DNA of 64,000 nt from contig MFJV01000001.1 of NCBI GenBank assembly GCA_001780985.1, forward strand, positions 694,579-758,578, given 5' to 3'. The notes below the pieces were generated by a model, which searched no databases, was not told the origin of the DNA, and was given only the letters and a program-made list of their open reading frames with translations. Below, piece after piece: positions 46,854-56,699 of this stretch. This DNA is from Candidatus Gottesmanbacteria bacterium RIFCSPLOWO2_01_FULL_43_11b. GTDB taxonomy: Bacteria > Patescibacteriota > Microgenomatia > UBA10105 > UBA927. Made by a program: the position numbers and the translations under genes. Every line of letters begins with the position of its first letter. The first letter of the stretch is position 1.

Positions 46854-49238
46854 ATGGAACATACACTTCCAGTTGTCCCAATACGAGACGGTATAGTTTT
46901 TCCAGGTACGGAAATGATTCTGACCTTCGGTCGAGCCAGATCAGTTTCGGCAATTGAGGCAGCGCAAAGTAGCGGAAAACGTGTTGTTTTGGTGATGCAG
47001 AAAAATCCCTCAATCAATGATCCCACGCCTTCTGACCTCCATACAATAGGAACGATTGGTGAAATAGTTCAAATGATGAAAAACGAGGGAGAAATAAATG
47101 CCCTGGTTCGGGGAATTGAAAAGGTGGAACTCCTCTCATACGAGTCTGTTGAACCCTTTTTTGTTGCCAGAGTCATTGAGACGGCTGATAAAGTTGAGGC
47201 AGATGATGAGGTGAAGGCATTATTCAATTTTCTTTCCAATGAACTTCGAAGAGCTGTGAAGTTAGGAAAAACTATGGATTTCCTCACCTTCATGAACATT
47301 ATGTCGGGTATTACCCCCCTTGCACTTTCGTACCAAGTTGCAGGAGTTCTTGACGTTAAGCCGGATGAACGACAAGAACTTCTTGAAATAAACTTAGTAA
47401 AATCCCGTCTTGAAAAGGAAATTAATCTCTTGGGAAGAGAAATAAAAATACTTGAACTTGAAAGAAAAATTGCCAGCAAAACTCAAGAAAAATTTGAGAA
47501 GGGAGTACGGGAACAAGTCCTTCGCGAGCGCATGAAGACCATTGAAAAAGAGCTCGGTGAGGACAATGAAAATAAAGAAATAAAAGAACTTGCGGACAAA
47601 ATTAAAAAGGCTGGAATGCCAGAAGAAGTACGAGCCAAGGCGGAAAAAGAGCTTTCGAGACTTGCTCAAATGTCACAGTATAATCCTGAGGCTTCTTACG
47701 TACGTACCTATTTGGACTGGCTTATCGAGCTTCCGTGGGCTGTGTCAAGCCCCAATAATGTTGTAATAGCAGCGGCTGAAAAAGTACTCAATACCGATCA
47801 CTACGGTTTACAAAAAATAAAAGAGAGAATTGTTGAATTTTTGGCAGTGATGAAACTTCGCGCACACGAGGAACAGCAAAAGAATAGCGGAAAAGCAGCA
47901 CCGACAATTCTTTGTTTTGTCGGTCCTCCGGGGGTCGGAAAAACGTCCATTGGAAAATCCATTGCAAGAGCCTTGGGGCGAAAGTTTGTAAAGATGTCGC
48001 TTGGAGGGATTCGGGATGAAGCGGAAATTCGAGGGCACAGGAGAACCTACGTTGGATCCATGCCTGGCCGGATCATACAAGGCGTTAAACAAGCGGGAAC
48101 GAAAAATCCTGTATTCATGCTTGATGAAATAGACAAAGTGGGTACTGATTTTCGTGGTGATCCCTCAGCAGCACTTCTGGAGGCACTTGACCCAGAACAG
48201 AATTACGCATTCTCCGATCACTACCTGGAAGTTCCGTTCGATCTTTCACACGTATTTTTTATCACTACATGCAATGTGCTCGATACAATTCCGCCGGCAC
48301 TCCGGGACCGGCTCGAGGTCATTCGATTCGCAGGATACACTGAGGATGAAAAGTTTCATATAGGGCGGGACTTCCTTGTTGAAAAGCAGCGGGGAAATCA
48401 CGCTGTTCCTAAAGGAAGTATGAAGATTACTGATCAAGCACTCCGGGACATAATTAGGAAATATACGCGGGAAGCAGGAGTGCGGAATCTCGAACGTGAA
48501 ATTGCAACTCTTTTCCGTAAAGTAGCCAAAAAAATTGCTGAAGGAAACGGGAAAACTAAAAAAACATTTTCCATAGGGAGCAATAATCTGCACGGGTATC
48601 TTGGTCCGTACAAGTTTACGTCCTACCTTGCTGAGAAAAAAGATGAAGTGGGAATGGTAACCGGTCTTGCTTGGACTGAGGCAGGAGGGGATATTTTATT
48701 CATTGAGGTCGCACTCATGCCAGGGCGGGGTAATCTCACCTTAACCGGGCAACTTGGGGATGTGATGAAGGAATCCGGTAAGGCTGCAATGTCTTACGTA
48801 CGATCCCGTTGGAAGATGTTGGGGCTTCCTGAAAAGTTTTTCCAGAAAATTGATGTGCACGTACACGTCCCGGAGGGTGCGGTTCCCAAAGACGGACCGT
48901 CAGCAGGAGCTGCTATCGGAACATCACTGGTTTCCGCCCTCACTAAAATTCCGGCAAGACGAACCGTTGCTATGACTGGTGAGATTACGCTTCGCGGGAG
49001 AGTCCTTGAAATTGGCGGAGTAAAAGAAAAAGTAATTGCCGCCCATAGAGCCGGAATTAAAACGCTCATTTTACCCAAAAACAACAAAAAAGATCTTGAA
49101 GATATTCCGAAAAAAGTGTTGAGCGACCTCACTTTCCATTTCGTCGAACATATGGATGAGGTATTAAAAATTGCTCTGGTGAAATCACGGGCAATAGAAA
49201 AAATATCGCTTCGGCCGGCACTTCATCTCAGCGCATAA
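46854..49238 (+). CDS. lon: Lon protease
   Basis: [31 protein letters not shown]. Confidence 0.98.
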   Translation: MEHTLPVVPIRDGIVFPGTEMILTFGRARSVSAIEAAQSSGKRVVLVMQKNPSINDPTPSDLHTIGTIGEIVQMMKNEGEINALVRGIEKVELLSYESVEPFFVARVIETADKVEADDEVKALFNFLSNELRRAVKLGKTMDFLTFMNIMSGITPLALSYQVAGVLDVKPDERQELLEINLVKSRLEKEINLLGREIKILELERKIASKTQEKFEKGVREQVLRERMKTIEKELGEDNENKEIKELADKIKKAGMPEEVRAKAEKELSRLAQMSQYNPEASYVRTYLDWLIELPWAVSSPNNVVIAAAEKVLNTDHYGLQKIKERIVEFLAVMKLRAHEEQQKNSGKAAPTILCFVGPPGVGKTSIGKSIARALGRKFVKMSLGGIRDEAEIRGHRRTYVGSMPGRIIQGVKQAGTKNPVFMLDEIDKVGTDFRGDPSAALLEALDPEQNYAFSDHYLEVPFDLSHVFFITTCNVLDTIPPALRDRLEVIRFAGYTEDEKFHIGRDFLVEKQRGNHAVPKGSMKITDQALRDIIRKYTREAGVRNLEREIATLFRKVAKKIAEGNGKTKKTFSIGSNNLHGYLGPYKFTSYLAEKKDEVGMVTGLAWTEAGGDILFIEVALMPGRGNLTLTGQLGDVMKESGKAAMSYVRSRWKMLGLPEKFFQKIDVHVHVPEGAVPKDGPSAGAAIGTSLVSALTKIPARRTVAMTGEITLRGRVLEIGGVKEKVIAAHRAGIKTLILPKNNKKDLEDIPKKVLSDLTFHFVEHMDEVLKIALVKSRAIEKISLRPALHLSA

Positions 49239-50166
49239 AATTGTAGATACTTTTACTAAGTTTTGCCATAAGTAAAACTGCATCATCTTCACTAGGTACA
49301 TCAGAGGTAAATATTCCAACGTAATAATTGAGATTGCCGTCAGTGACATAACCCACGTCATGGATGATGCGCACTCCAGTTCCTATTTTATGGTAGACCG
49401 TTACGCTTTTAGGCAGCATTGCAGGAAGTCTATCTTCAAAATCAGTGTCTTTCAAAAACGAGAGCATTTCTTGCGTATATGCCTGGTTGGCAACATCGCC
49501 AGATATGATTTTTTCAAAGAGCATGCTTATGTCTTTATTTGATGTTTTGTTGTTTGCTATATCCGTTTGAATAAGACCCCAGCTTTCCATGAGCTTTTGT
49601 GTTCGTTCAATTCTCACAATATTATTGAGGAGAATATAGGCAGCTGTGTTATCGCTCTTTTGAATCATGAGCCGAGCAAGTGTTTTGATTGTGTACGTTG
49701 CTCCGGGCGTTTCATAGCGAAGTACGCCGGTACCGAAATCTTGAATATCAGCCTCCTGAAGAGTTATTGATTCATCCAAATCAATCTCTCCTGCTTGCGT
49801 GTAATAATAGAGGGCGGACAAAATTGGTATTTTATTAACCGATGCTGCCGTATAAATAACTTCCTCATTTATGCCGAGTTCAAAATCAGAGTTGTAGTCT
49901 TTCACGTAAAGAGAATAATTTTTCCAGGTGTCGTTGATTTCTTTGGTAAGAATTTTGCCTAACTCCTCCGGTGTTTTTTTCTTTGCAAACAAACCTCCAA
50001 ATTGTGTTTGCGGAGGTTTTTCGTCCGGTATGGGAGAGATAACAGGCTGGGGACGGAAGGAGAATAACAATGTGTAGATTCCGATTCCCAAAAGAATAAG
50101 TACTACGAGTAATCGCACAACTCTGCTGAAATTTCTCTGGGGCAGAGATCGTGCGTAGTACTCCAT
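49228..50166 (-). CDS. membrane-anchored serine hydrolase, class A beta-lactamase-like
   Basis: AASVNK, SDN, HKIG; N-terminal TM helix. Confidence 0.88.
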   Translation of the reverse strand: MEYYARSLPQRNFSRVVRLLVVLILLGIGIYTLLFSFRPQPVISPIPDEKPPQTQFGGLFAKKKTPEELGKILTKEINDTWKNYSLYVKDYNSDFELGINEEVIYTAASVNKIPILSALYYYTQAGEIDLDESITLQEADIQDFGTGVLRYETPGATYTIKTLARLMIQKSDNTAAYILLNNIVRIERTQKLMESWGLIQTDIANNKTSNKDISMLFEKIISGDVANQAYTQEMLSFLKDTDFEDRLPAMLPKSVTVYHKIGTGVRIIHDVGYVTDGNLNYYVGIFTSDVPSEDDAVLLMAKLSKSIYNFMR

Positions 50167-50208
50167 CGTGGGAAAAATTGTACCACAAATGATACAATAT
50201 GTAATATT

Positions 50209-50282
50209 GCCCCGTTCGTCTAGCGGCCTAGGACGATACCTTCTCAAGGTATAGATCGCCGGTTCGAATCCGGCACGGGGTA
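50209..50282 (+). tRNA. tRNA-Glu(CTC)
   Basis: GCCCCGT/ACGGGGT acceptor stem, ATACC-TTCTCAA-GGTAT anticodon arm, GTTCGAATC; CCA not encoded. Confidence 0.94.
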
Positions 50283-50293
50283 CATAACTCCAC

Positions 50294-50388
50294 TTGACAT
50301 TGTAAGGTGATTTACCGTACAATTTTAGTAGGAATTTATAGTTATACGTCTGCTCCTCGCCTCTTCGGGGAGGTTTTTTTTGAGCACT
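50294..50388 (+). promoter_or_regulatory. greA promoter and leader containing a terminator-like hairpin
   Basis: TTGACA-18-TACAAT, then CCTCGCCTCTTCGGGGAGG followed by T8 just before the ATG. Confidence 0.6.
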
Positions 50389-50853
50389 ATGGATCCAAAC
50401 AACAAAATACTCCTAACCCGTGAAGGGTTAGCAGAATTAAAAAAAGAACATAACGAGCTGGTAAACGTAAAAAGACCTTCAGCTGTTGCACGGCTATCTG
50501 ATGCACGGGATCTTGGTGATTTATCTGAAAACAGCGAATACGCAGCCGCAAAACAAGACCTTTCCTTCATTGACGGCCGCATCCTTGAGCTCGAAGAAAT
50601 ACTCCATGGAGCTAAAGTCATTACAAACCACAAAAAAGGACAAGTCGATGTAGGATGCAAAGTGACGCTCAATACAAACGGAAAACGGGAGATTTTTACC
50701 GTAGTGGGTGAGTGGGAAGCGGATCCGAAAGAACGTAAAATTTCCCACGAATCTCCGCTTGGTAAAGCGCTATTGGGTAAGAAGGTTGGTGACAAGGTAG
50801 AGGTCGAAGCGCCGGCGGGCAGACTCCTCTATAAAATATTGCATATTGAGTAA
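50389..50853 (+). CDS. greA: transcription elongation factor GreA
   Basis: GDLSENSEY.AAK, ISHESPLGKALLG. Confidence 0.97.
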   Translation: MDPNNKILLTREGLAELKKEHNELVNVKRPSAVARLSDARDLGDLSENSEYAAAKQDLSFIDGRILELEEILHGAKVITNHKKGQVDVGCKVTLNTNGKREIFTVVGEWEADPKERKISHESPLGKALLGKKVGDKVEVEAPAGRLLYKILHIE

Positions 50854-50867
50854 TGGTTTGCTAGAAT
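50839..50867 (+). promoter_or_regulatory. sigma70 promoter for the Lys leader
   Basis: TTGCAT-17-TAGAAT with extended -10 TG. Confidence 0.7.
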
Positions 50868-50877
50868 GCTCTCTATC

Positions 50878-50952
50878 ATGAATAGTTCGTATTTTATAGT
50901 TGTTAGCAAAAAGGAAAAGAAAGCAACCCACCTGCGGAGGGGATCTTTTTAG
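50878..50952 (+). CDS. putative Lys-rich leader peptide MNSSYFIVVSKKEKKATHLRRGSF
   Basis: AAA AAG GAA AAG AAA cluster just 5' of pairing segment 1; stop codon lies in segment 2. Confidence 0.7.
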   Translation: MNSSYFIVVSKKEKKATHLRRGSF

Positions 50953-50980
50953 TGGAATAGAAAAATAGAATAACAACCAC

Positions 50981-51007
50981 AAAAACCCCTCCAATGAGGG
51001 GTTTTTT
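50981..51007 (+). terminator. intrinsic terminator of the attenuator
   Basis: AAAAACCCCTC-CAAT-GAGGGGTTTTTT. Confidence 0.88.
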
Positions 51008-51029
51008 CGTGGGAAAAACAGGAGATTGT

Positions 51030-51710
51030 ATGTTAGATCAATATCAACCAGGACTAAACAATCCATACGCTTCAAGAGAAGTTTCTCGTGCGGTATTGCG
51101 AGTTGCTGATCTCGTGCCATCGGGATCTTTAGTGACAATAGAAGGAACACCTCTTTATGCCGGTCAACCGTGGGACGAATCTCATGAATTCGGTTTCAAC
51201 GGGCTTTTAGCATTACAACTTTCGTTACTTCGAGACAGAGGGTATTCACCGCTTCACATTGCCATGGTTGATGATTATACAACCGACCAAGAAACAGATG
51301 TTACTACTTTTACCCGACAAATGAGGCAGCAGCCAGACATAACTCATTTTGAGTCGTATTTTGCCGATGAGGCAGAAGCACGGTTACAACACCTGCGTGA
51401 CGCACGGCGAACCATGGTTCTTCGAGGAGAACTTCGTTTAATGGAAGGAAGCCAGCCCCGTTTACGCGTGCAAAGCGGGAGAGTAAGTTGTGAGTTATTA
51501 GATGCATGTTTTCAACTGACAAAAGGGACGGGGATACACATTATCATCCACCCTACTGAGTTTGTGTCACAGCAACAAGGGATGCGTGAGATTCTCAGCG
51601 CGATTAATGGCGACAAACTTCCGGGAATTTTTATAAACATATTTTTCAAAAGAAACGTATTGAGCAGAATTTTATTGACTGATCACCATGGAAGAACAAG
51701 AACTATCTAA
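51030..51710 (+). CDS. hypothetical protein with class I aaRS/HUP-like catalytic-core motifs
   Basis: VTIEG..LY, AMVDDY, PD..HFES, SG.VSC.LLDA.FQ..K, HP.EF..QQ; SD AGGAG. Confidence 0.55.
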   Translation: MLDQYQPGLNNPYASREVSRAVLRVADLVPSGSLVTIEGTPLYAGQPWDESHEFGFNGLLALQLSLLRDRGYSPLHIAMVDDYTTDQETDVTTFTRQMRQQPDITHFESYFADEAEARLQHLRDARRTMVLRGELRLMEGSQPRLRVQSGRVSCELLDACFQLTKGTGIHIIIHPTEFVSQQQGMREILSAINGDKLPGIFINIFFKRNVLSRILLTDHHGRTRTI

Positions 51711-52650
51711 TCAAATTCTCAATATTCGTTTTTATGAAGGTTGTGGAAACCGGTTACTCATCGTGCACATGCAGAAAGATTTTTCAATGCTGGACGCACG
51801 GTTACGGAATCAACTTCAACGTCTGGGTTTAGAACAGAAAGCCGACAGTGTGTTGGTACTTACAGGCGATCCACAACAGAGTCTGATTCAAGGGTATCAC
51901 GTGACGATGGATGTGTTTGAGCCACGCGGCGTCGATATTCAACATCCAAAACTTGCAGGCAGTTGGTCAACGATGTGTGGGAATGGCATACGTGCAGTTG
52001 CTAAGTATTTAATAGATACCTCAAATCTTGCTTGTTATATCAGAACGAGAAGCGGGATAAGGATAACCACTGTACTTCCTCACAATCAGTTTCGTGTTTG
52101 TATGGGGAAACTTACTACTCGTAAAGAACACCTACAAAAATATGTACGCAATTTTCATTTCTCAGAACTTATTGAAAACAGAATTCGTCATGCGGAAGTT
52201 TTTGTCGGGTTAAACGGGAATCCGGATTTGGACGGCGCTATAGATGGTGAACCACACATGGTTGTATTTTTGCCTAATCATCAAAATATAACTCTCAAAG
52301 CGTTGCAAAAATTGGCAGAAAAGCTTGGACCGGCAATAACGACGAATAGAGAATATTTTCCGGAGTGCATTAATTCTAATTTTGCACTTATAAAAACAAA
52401 AAATAGTAAAAGCATTTCCGTGCTTGCATGTACGTTTGAACGTGGGGTAGAGTACGTGACGCAAGCCTGTGGCACAGGAGCAACAGTAATTGGTTCATAT
52501 CTTTTAAATAATAATAAAGGATTAGAGGAAATAGAAGTACTTATGCCGGGAGGTGCATTATATATAACTCGGGCACCTCATTGCGAGTTCTATCTTACCG
52601 GTCCTGCTAATCCAGTCATTGGCAAAAGGAATATTGAAGCTGTTACCTGA
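51688..52650 (+). CDS. diaminopimelate epimerase-like protein (DapF family, divergent)
   Basis: STMCGNGIR and ERGV..TQACGTGA catalytic Cys motifs, GEPH, MPGG.L, LTGPA. Confidence 0.88.
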   Translation: MEEQELSNQILNIRFYEGCGNRLLIVHMQKDFSMLDARLRNQLQRLGLEQKADSVLVLTGDPQQSLIQGYHVTMDVFEPRGVDIQHPKLAGSWSTMCGNGIRAVAKYLIDTSNLACYIRTRSGIRITTVLPHNQFRVCMGKLTTRKEHLQKYVRNFHFSELIENRIRHAEVFVGLNGNPDLDGAIDGEPHMVVFLPNHQNITLKALQKLAEKLGPAITTNREYFPECINSNFALIKTKNSKSISVLACTFERGVEYVTQACGTGATVIGSYLLNNNKGLEEIEVLMPGGALYITRAPHCEFYLTGPANPVIGKRNIEAVT

Positions 52651-52671
52651 ATGTATGATAATACAAGCTAT

Positions 52672-54126
52672 ATGGCGACAAGTGATGAGTTAACAAAAAT
52701 ACGAGTTTCGAAACTCGAGGCTTTACGCAAACGCGGTATTGATCCGTATCCCGCTATAGTTCGACGTGAGCACACGATAAAAGAGGTGAGGAAAATGGAT
52801 GGGAGATCTGTTTCCGTTTGTGGCCGAATCATGGGGCTACGCGGTCATGGTAAGATTATGTTCGCCGATCTTGTGGACGAAAGCGGGAAAATCCAAGTGG
52901 TTTTTAAGGCGGATGAGATTGCAGAAGAAATCTTTGGACTCCTCCAATTCTTCGATCTGGGCGACTTTATGGCTACTCAAGGGAAAGTCGGAAAAACTCA
53001 AGCAGGTGAAGTTTCTCTCTTTGTCACAGGTTTTCAGCTTCTTTCTAAGTCTTTACGTCCGCTTCCTGATCAGTGGTCGGGTCTCAAAGACATTGAGGAA
53101 CGATATCGACAGCGCTATGTTGACTTAGTGATGAATGAAGACGTGCGGAAGATTTTTCTTAAACGCTCACAAGTTATATCATTTCTACATAAATTTTTTG
53201 ACGAGTATGGTTTTATTGAAGTAGAAACGCCAATACTTCAACCTGTCTATGGTGGGGCCTCGGCGAAACCTTTTGTGACGCATCATAATACGCTCGACAT
53301 AGATTTATATCTTCGTATTTCAGATGAACTTTATCTAAAACGATTAATTGTTGGAGGATTTGAAAAGGTATATGAAATTGGTCACGACTTCCGCAATGAG
53401 GGCGTAGACCGCGCCCACAATCCGGAATTTACAATGCTCGAATTTTACTGGGCATATGCGGATTATGAAAAGCTGATGGAATTTACGGAAGGAATGTTTG
53501 CCGCACTCATCAAGGAGGTGCAAGGCGCATTGATGGTCGAATATCAGGGGGTCACATATAACTTTACTCCTCCCTGGCCGCGCATTTCGTACCGTGACGC
53601 TGTGCTCAAGCATTCTGGAGTTGATATAGATAAAGCGGATAGTGAAGAAAAACTCAAAAAAGTTATCAAAGAAAAAGGAATAACGCTCAAAGACAAAAAG
53701 GCTGTAGGATTTGGCGCGGTGCTGGATGCGCTGTATAAACAGACAACCCGTCCGCACCTTTCGGGTCCGCTATTTCTGACAGATCGCCCGACCGCTTTTG
53801 TGTCGCTAGCCAAACGCTTGCCGGAAGATCCCAGAAAAACCGCATCATTTCAGCTTTTGGTTGCAGGAGAGGAACTTATAAATGCGTATAATGAGTTGAA
53901 TGATCCGATTGACCAAGCAGAGCGGTGGAAAGAGTCGGAAAAACTTGGGAAAAAAGGAAAAACAGACCACGAAGCATTTGACGCAGATTATATTCGCGCG
54001 CTCGAATACGGCATGCCTCCGACAGCTGGTTGGGGGTTAGGTATTGATCGTTTAGTCGCTATTCTTACCAATCAACACACGCTTAAGGATGTCATCCTCT
54101 TTCCGATCCTTCGCCCTGAAAAATAA
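52672..54126 (+). CDS. lysS: lysyl-tRNA synthetase (class II)
   Basis: RYRQRYVDL, GGASAKPF.THHN, FRNEG, YGMPPTAG.G.GIDR. Confidence 0.97.
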   Translation: MATSDELTKIRVSKLEALRKRGIDPYPAIVRREHTIKEVRKMDGRSVSVCGRIMGLRGHGKIMFADLVDESGKIQVVFKADEIAEEIFGLLQFFDLGDFMATQGKVGKTQAGEVSLFVTGFQLLSKSLRPLPDQWSGLKDIEERYRQRYVDLVMNEDVRKIFLKRSQVISFLHKFFDEYGFIEVETPILQPVYGGASAKPFVTHHNTLDIDLYLRISDELYLKRLIVGGFEKVYEIGHDFRNEGVDRAHNPEFTMLEFYWAYADYEKLMEFTEGMFAALIKEVQGALMVEYQGVTYNFTPPWPRISYRDAVLKHSGVDIDKADSEEKLKKVIKEKGITLKDKKAVGFGAVLDALYKQTTRPHLSGPLFLTDRPTAFVSLAKRLPEDPRKTASFQLLVAGEELINAYNELNDPIDQAERWKESEKLGKKGKTDHEAFDADYIRALEYGMPPTAGWGLGIDRLVAILTNQHTLKDVILFPILRPEK

Positions 54127-54131
54127 TTGGT

Positions 54132-54698
54132 ATGATAAGCAAACAACAAGTACTTGCGCTTTTGCATCAGCATACCAAAAACCAAAATCTTCGTCGGCAC
54201 ATGTATGCGGTCGGGTTTGCGATGCGCGCTCTTGCCAAAAAACTCGGCGGAGATCCCGATGTGTGGGAGGTCTTAGGACTTCTCCATGATGCCGACTGGG
54301 AAGAAACGAAGGATAATCCAGATCAGCATACGAAAAACACTTTGAGTTGGCTCGAAGAGCTTGGAGAAAACGAAGGTCCCATCGTTCATGCCTTGATGTC
54401 CCACAACAGAAAGTACACTCATTTAGCAGAGCTTGAAGGCAAGATGGAGTGGGCGCTCGAGACGGTCGATGAGTTAACCGGTTTTATTGTTGCAGTTACT
54501 TTAGTTCGACCGGATAAAAAACTTGCTGCTGTAGGTGTCGATTCGGTTATGAAAAAATGGAAAACAAAAGAGTTTGCCAAAGCAGTTGATCGGTCACAGA
54601 TAGCTCAATGTGAAGAGAAGTTAGATATCCTATTAAACGAATTTATAAACATAGTCCTTAAAACAATGCAAGAGAATCATAATGAATTAGGACTGTAA
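54132..54698 (+). CDS. HD (HDIG) domain hydrolase
   Basis: LRRHM, GLLHDAD, DELTGFI.A..LVRP. Confidence 0.88.
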   Translation: MISKQQVLALLHQHTKNQNLRRHMYAVGFAMRALAKKLGGDPDVWEVLGLLHDADWEETKDNPDQHTKNTLSWLEELGENEGPIVHALMSHNRKYTHLAELEGKMEWALETVDELTGFIVAVTLVRPDKKLAAVGVDSVMKKWKTKEFAKAVDRSQIAQCEEKLDILLNEFINIVLKTMQENHNELGL

Positions 54699-54699
54699 T

Positions 54700-55311
54700 A
54701 TGAATAGACTTCTCATAGCCACGACTAATCCCGGCAAATTAGCAGAAATTCGGAGATTCCTTTCTGACGTTCCGCTCGAACTTGTCAGTCTCAACGATGT
54801 GGATATTAAAGAAAGGGTTGAGGAAACGGGAAAAACGTTTGAGGAAAATGCAATTCTAAAGGCGAAGTTTTACGCGCAAAAATCAGGACTTCCGACAATC
54901 GGTGATGATGGGGGATTTGAAATAGATGCATTAGGAGGGGAGCCAGGGGTCAAATCACACCGGTGGGTTCATGGGGATAAAGAGAATTCTGATGAAGAGT
55001 TAATTGAGTATACGTTCAAAAAAATGAAAGGAATTAAAAACAGAAAAGCACAATTACGGGCAGTTCTAGCACTTGCACTTCCAAACGGAGAGATTCATAC
55101 GGCAACAGCAGCAACACGGGGTATTATTCCGGATAAACCATCGGGAGTTCGAGTGAAAGGATTTCCATATCGCTCAATTTTATATATTCCCCAAATCCAA
55201 AAATACTACAATCATGATGAGCTTACTCCCCAAGAAACCGAAAAATACAATCATCGGAAATTGTGCCTCGATCAATTAAAGCCGATACTACGGTCCTTCT
55301 TGACAAAGTAA
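54700..55311 (+). CDS. rdgB: non-canonical purine NTP pyrophosphatase (RdgB/Ham1)
   Basis: ATTNPGK, EETGKTFEENAILKA, DDGG, PGVKS, NHR. Confidence 0.9.
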   Translation: MNRLLIATTNPGKLAEIRRFLSDVPLELVSLNDVDIKERVEETGKTFEENAILKAKFYAQKSGLPTIGDDGGFEIDALGGEPGVKSHRWVHGDKENSDEELIEYTFKKMKGIKNRKAQLRAVLALALPNGEIHTATAATRGIIPDKPSGVRVKGFPYRSILYIPQIQKYYNHDELTPQETEKYNHRKLCLDQLKPILRSFLTK

Positions 55312-55469
55312 TCCTCATGCTCCTACAATAGAGTTGCTGTCCCGGTAATATACCGAGATTACGGCGGACATAAAAAACCGCCGAAATTATATAAATCTTT
55401 CCGCAGCATGAAATCTGTCCGCAGCCTTATGTATAATAGGGTTAGCGGATTTTTTTGTGAGATACCCGT
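55300..55469 (+). promoter_or_regulatory. serS promoter and structured leader with terminator
   Basis: TTGACA-18-TACAAT; two hairpins; TCCGCAGCCTTA...TAGGGTTAGCGGA followed by T7. Confidence 0.62.
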
Positions 55470-56699
55470 ATGTTAGACATTAAATTTATCAGAGAGAATT
55501 TACAGGTTTGTAAGGAAGCGGCAAAAAATAAAGGCCGTGATGTGGATTGGGATGGTCTTTTAAAACTCGACGATAAAAGAAGAGAACTTATTGGTCTTAC
55601 TGAAAAACTAAGAGAGGAACGAAACAAACTTACTCAGGATGACCGCGAGCGCGGTAGAGAGGTTAAACAGGAACTTAAAAAACTTGAGGAAGAGTTACGG
55701 GATGTTGAAGAAAAGTTCGGACTTCTCATGCTCACTGTTCCCAATGTGCCTGATCCGTCTGTTCCAATCGGCAAAGATGCAAGCGGAAATAAGGAAGTAC
55801 GGAAGTGGGGGAAATTGCCAAAATTCAATTTTCCAATTCTCGATCATATCGAACTGGCAAAATCCCTCGATCTCATTGATTTTGGGCGGGGAACAAAGGT
55901 CGGAGGATTTCGGGCATACTTCCTTAAAAACGATGCAGCGCAGATGGAACTTGCGCTCATGTGGTATACATTAAATAAACTCACAAAAAAAGGATACACA
56001 CCGCTTATCGCCCCGTCATTAGTTCGCGATTTTACCCTTTTCGGTAACGGACAGTTTCCGTGGGGCCGTGAAGAGGTATATAAGATTGAGAAGGATGATT
56101 TGTATTTGGCAGGCACAGCAGAAGTTCCGGTTACTGCCTACTTTAGTGATGAGATTCTCGTTGAAAAAGATTTACCGAAGAAATTCGTTGCTTTCTCACC
56201 CTGTTTCCGTCGCGAAGCAGGAAGTTACGGCAAAGACACAAAAGGGGCATATAGATTGCACCAATTTAATAAAATTGAACAAGTAATTATCACGACTGCA
56301 GAAACGAACAATTCTCTTACTCTTCATGAGGAGCTTTTGGCCAATGCAGAAGAAATTTTGAAGGATTTAGAACTTCCGTATCGGGTTATGCTCATGTGTA
56401 CCGGCGATATGGGGGAGCCACAGGTAAAAAAGTACGATATAGAAACCTGGATGCCAGGCAGACAGGCATATGGAGAAACAATGTCCAATTCGTTTATGGG
56501 AGACTTTCAGGCGCGGAGACTAAAAATCCGTTACAAAACGAAAGACGGGATGAAATACTGCCACACGCTCAATAACACTGCTCTTGCTTCTCCGAGAATT
56601 CTTATAGCAATAATGGAAAATTACCAACAAAAAGACGGGTCAATTAAAGTGCCTAAGGTATTGCAGCAATTCTTAAATAAAACTGTTATTAAACGGTAA
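55470..56699 (+). CDS. serS: seryl-tRNA synthetase
   Basis: MLDIKFIREN, GTAEVP, FRREAG, RLHQF.K.E, HTLNNT. Confidence 0.97.
   Translation: MLDIKFIRENLQVCKEAAKNKGRDVDWDGLLKLDDKRRELIGLTEKLREERNKLTQDDRERGREVKQELKKLEEELRDVEEKFGLLMLTVPNVPDPSVPIGKDASGNKEVRKWGKLPKFNFPILDHIELAKSLDLIDFGRGTKVGGFRAYFLKNDAAQMELALMWYTLNKLTKKGYTPLIAPSLVRDFTLFGNGQFPWGREEVYKIEKDDLYLAGTAEVPVTAYFSDEILVEKDLPKKFVAFSPCFRREAGSYGKDTKGAYRLHQFNKIEQVIITTAETNNSLTLHEELLANAEEILKDLELPYRVMLMCTGDMGEPQVKKYDIETWMPGRQAYGETMSNSFMGDFQARRLKIRYKTKDGMKYCHTLNNTALASPRILIAIMENYQQKDGSIKVPKVLQQFLNKTVIKR

Noticed and set aside
49228-50166. Antibiotic-resistance beta-lactamase
   Set aside because: Membrane-anchored, KIG instead of KTG and no clear omega-loop ExxLN motif; more likely a PBP-like hydrolase.
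50167-50322. N-terminal extension of the beta-lactamase-like ORF
   Set aside because: It is antisense to tRNA-Glu; a TACAAT promoter precedes the start at 50166.
50854-51029. Lysine riboswitch or T-box upstream of the DapF/lysS module
   Set aside because: The region before the terminator is too short and lacks recognisable L-box or T-box conserved sequences; leader-peptide geometry fits better.
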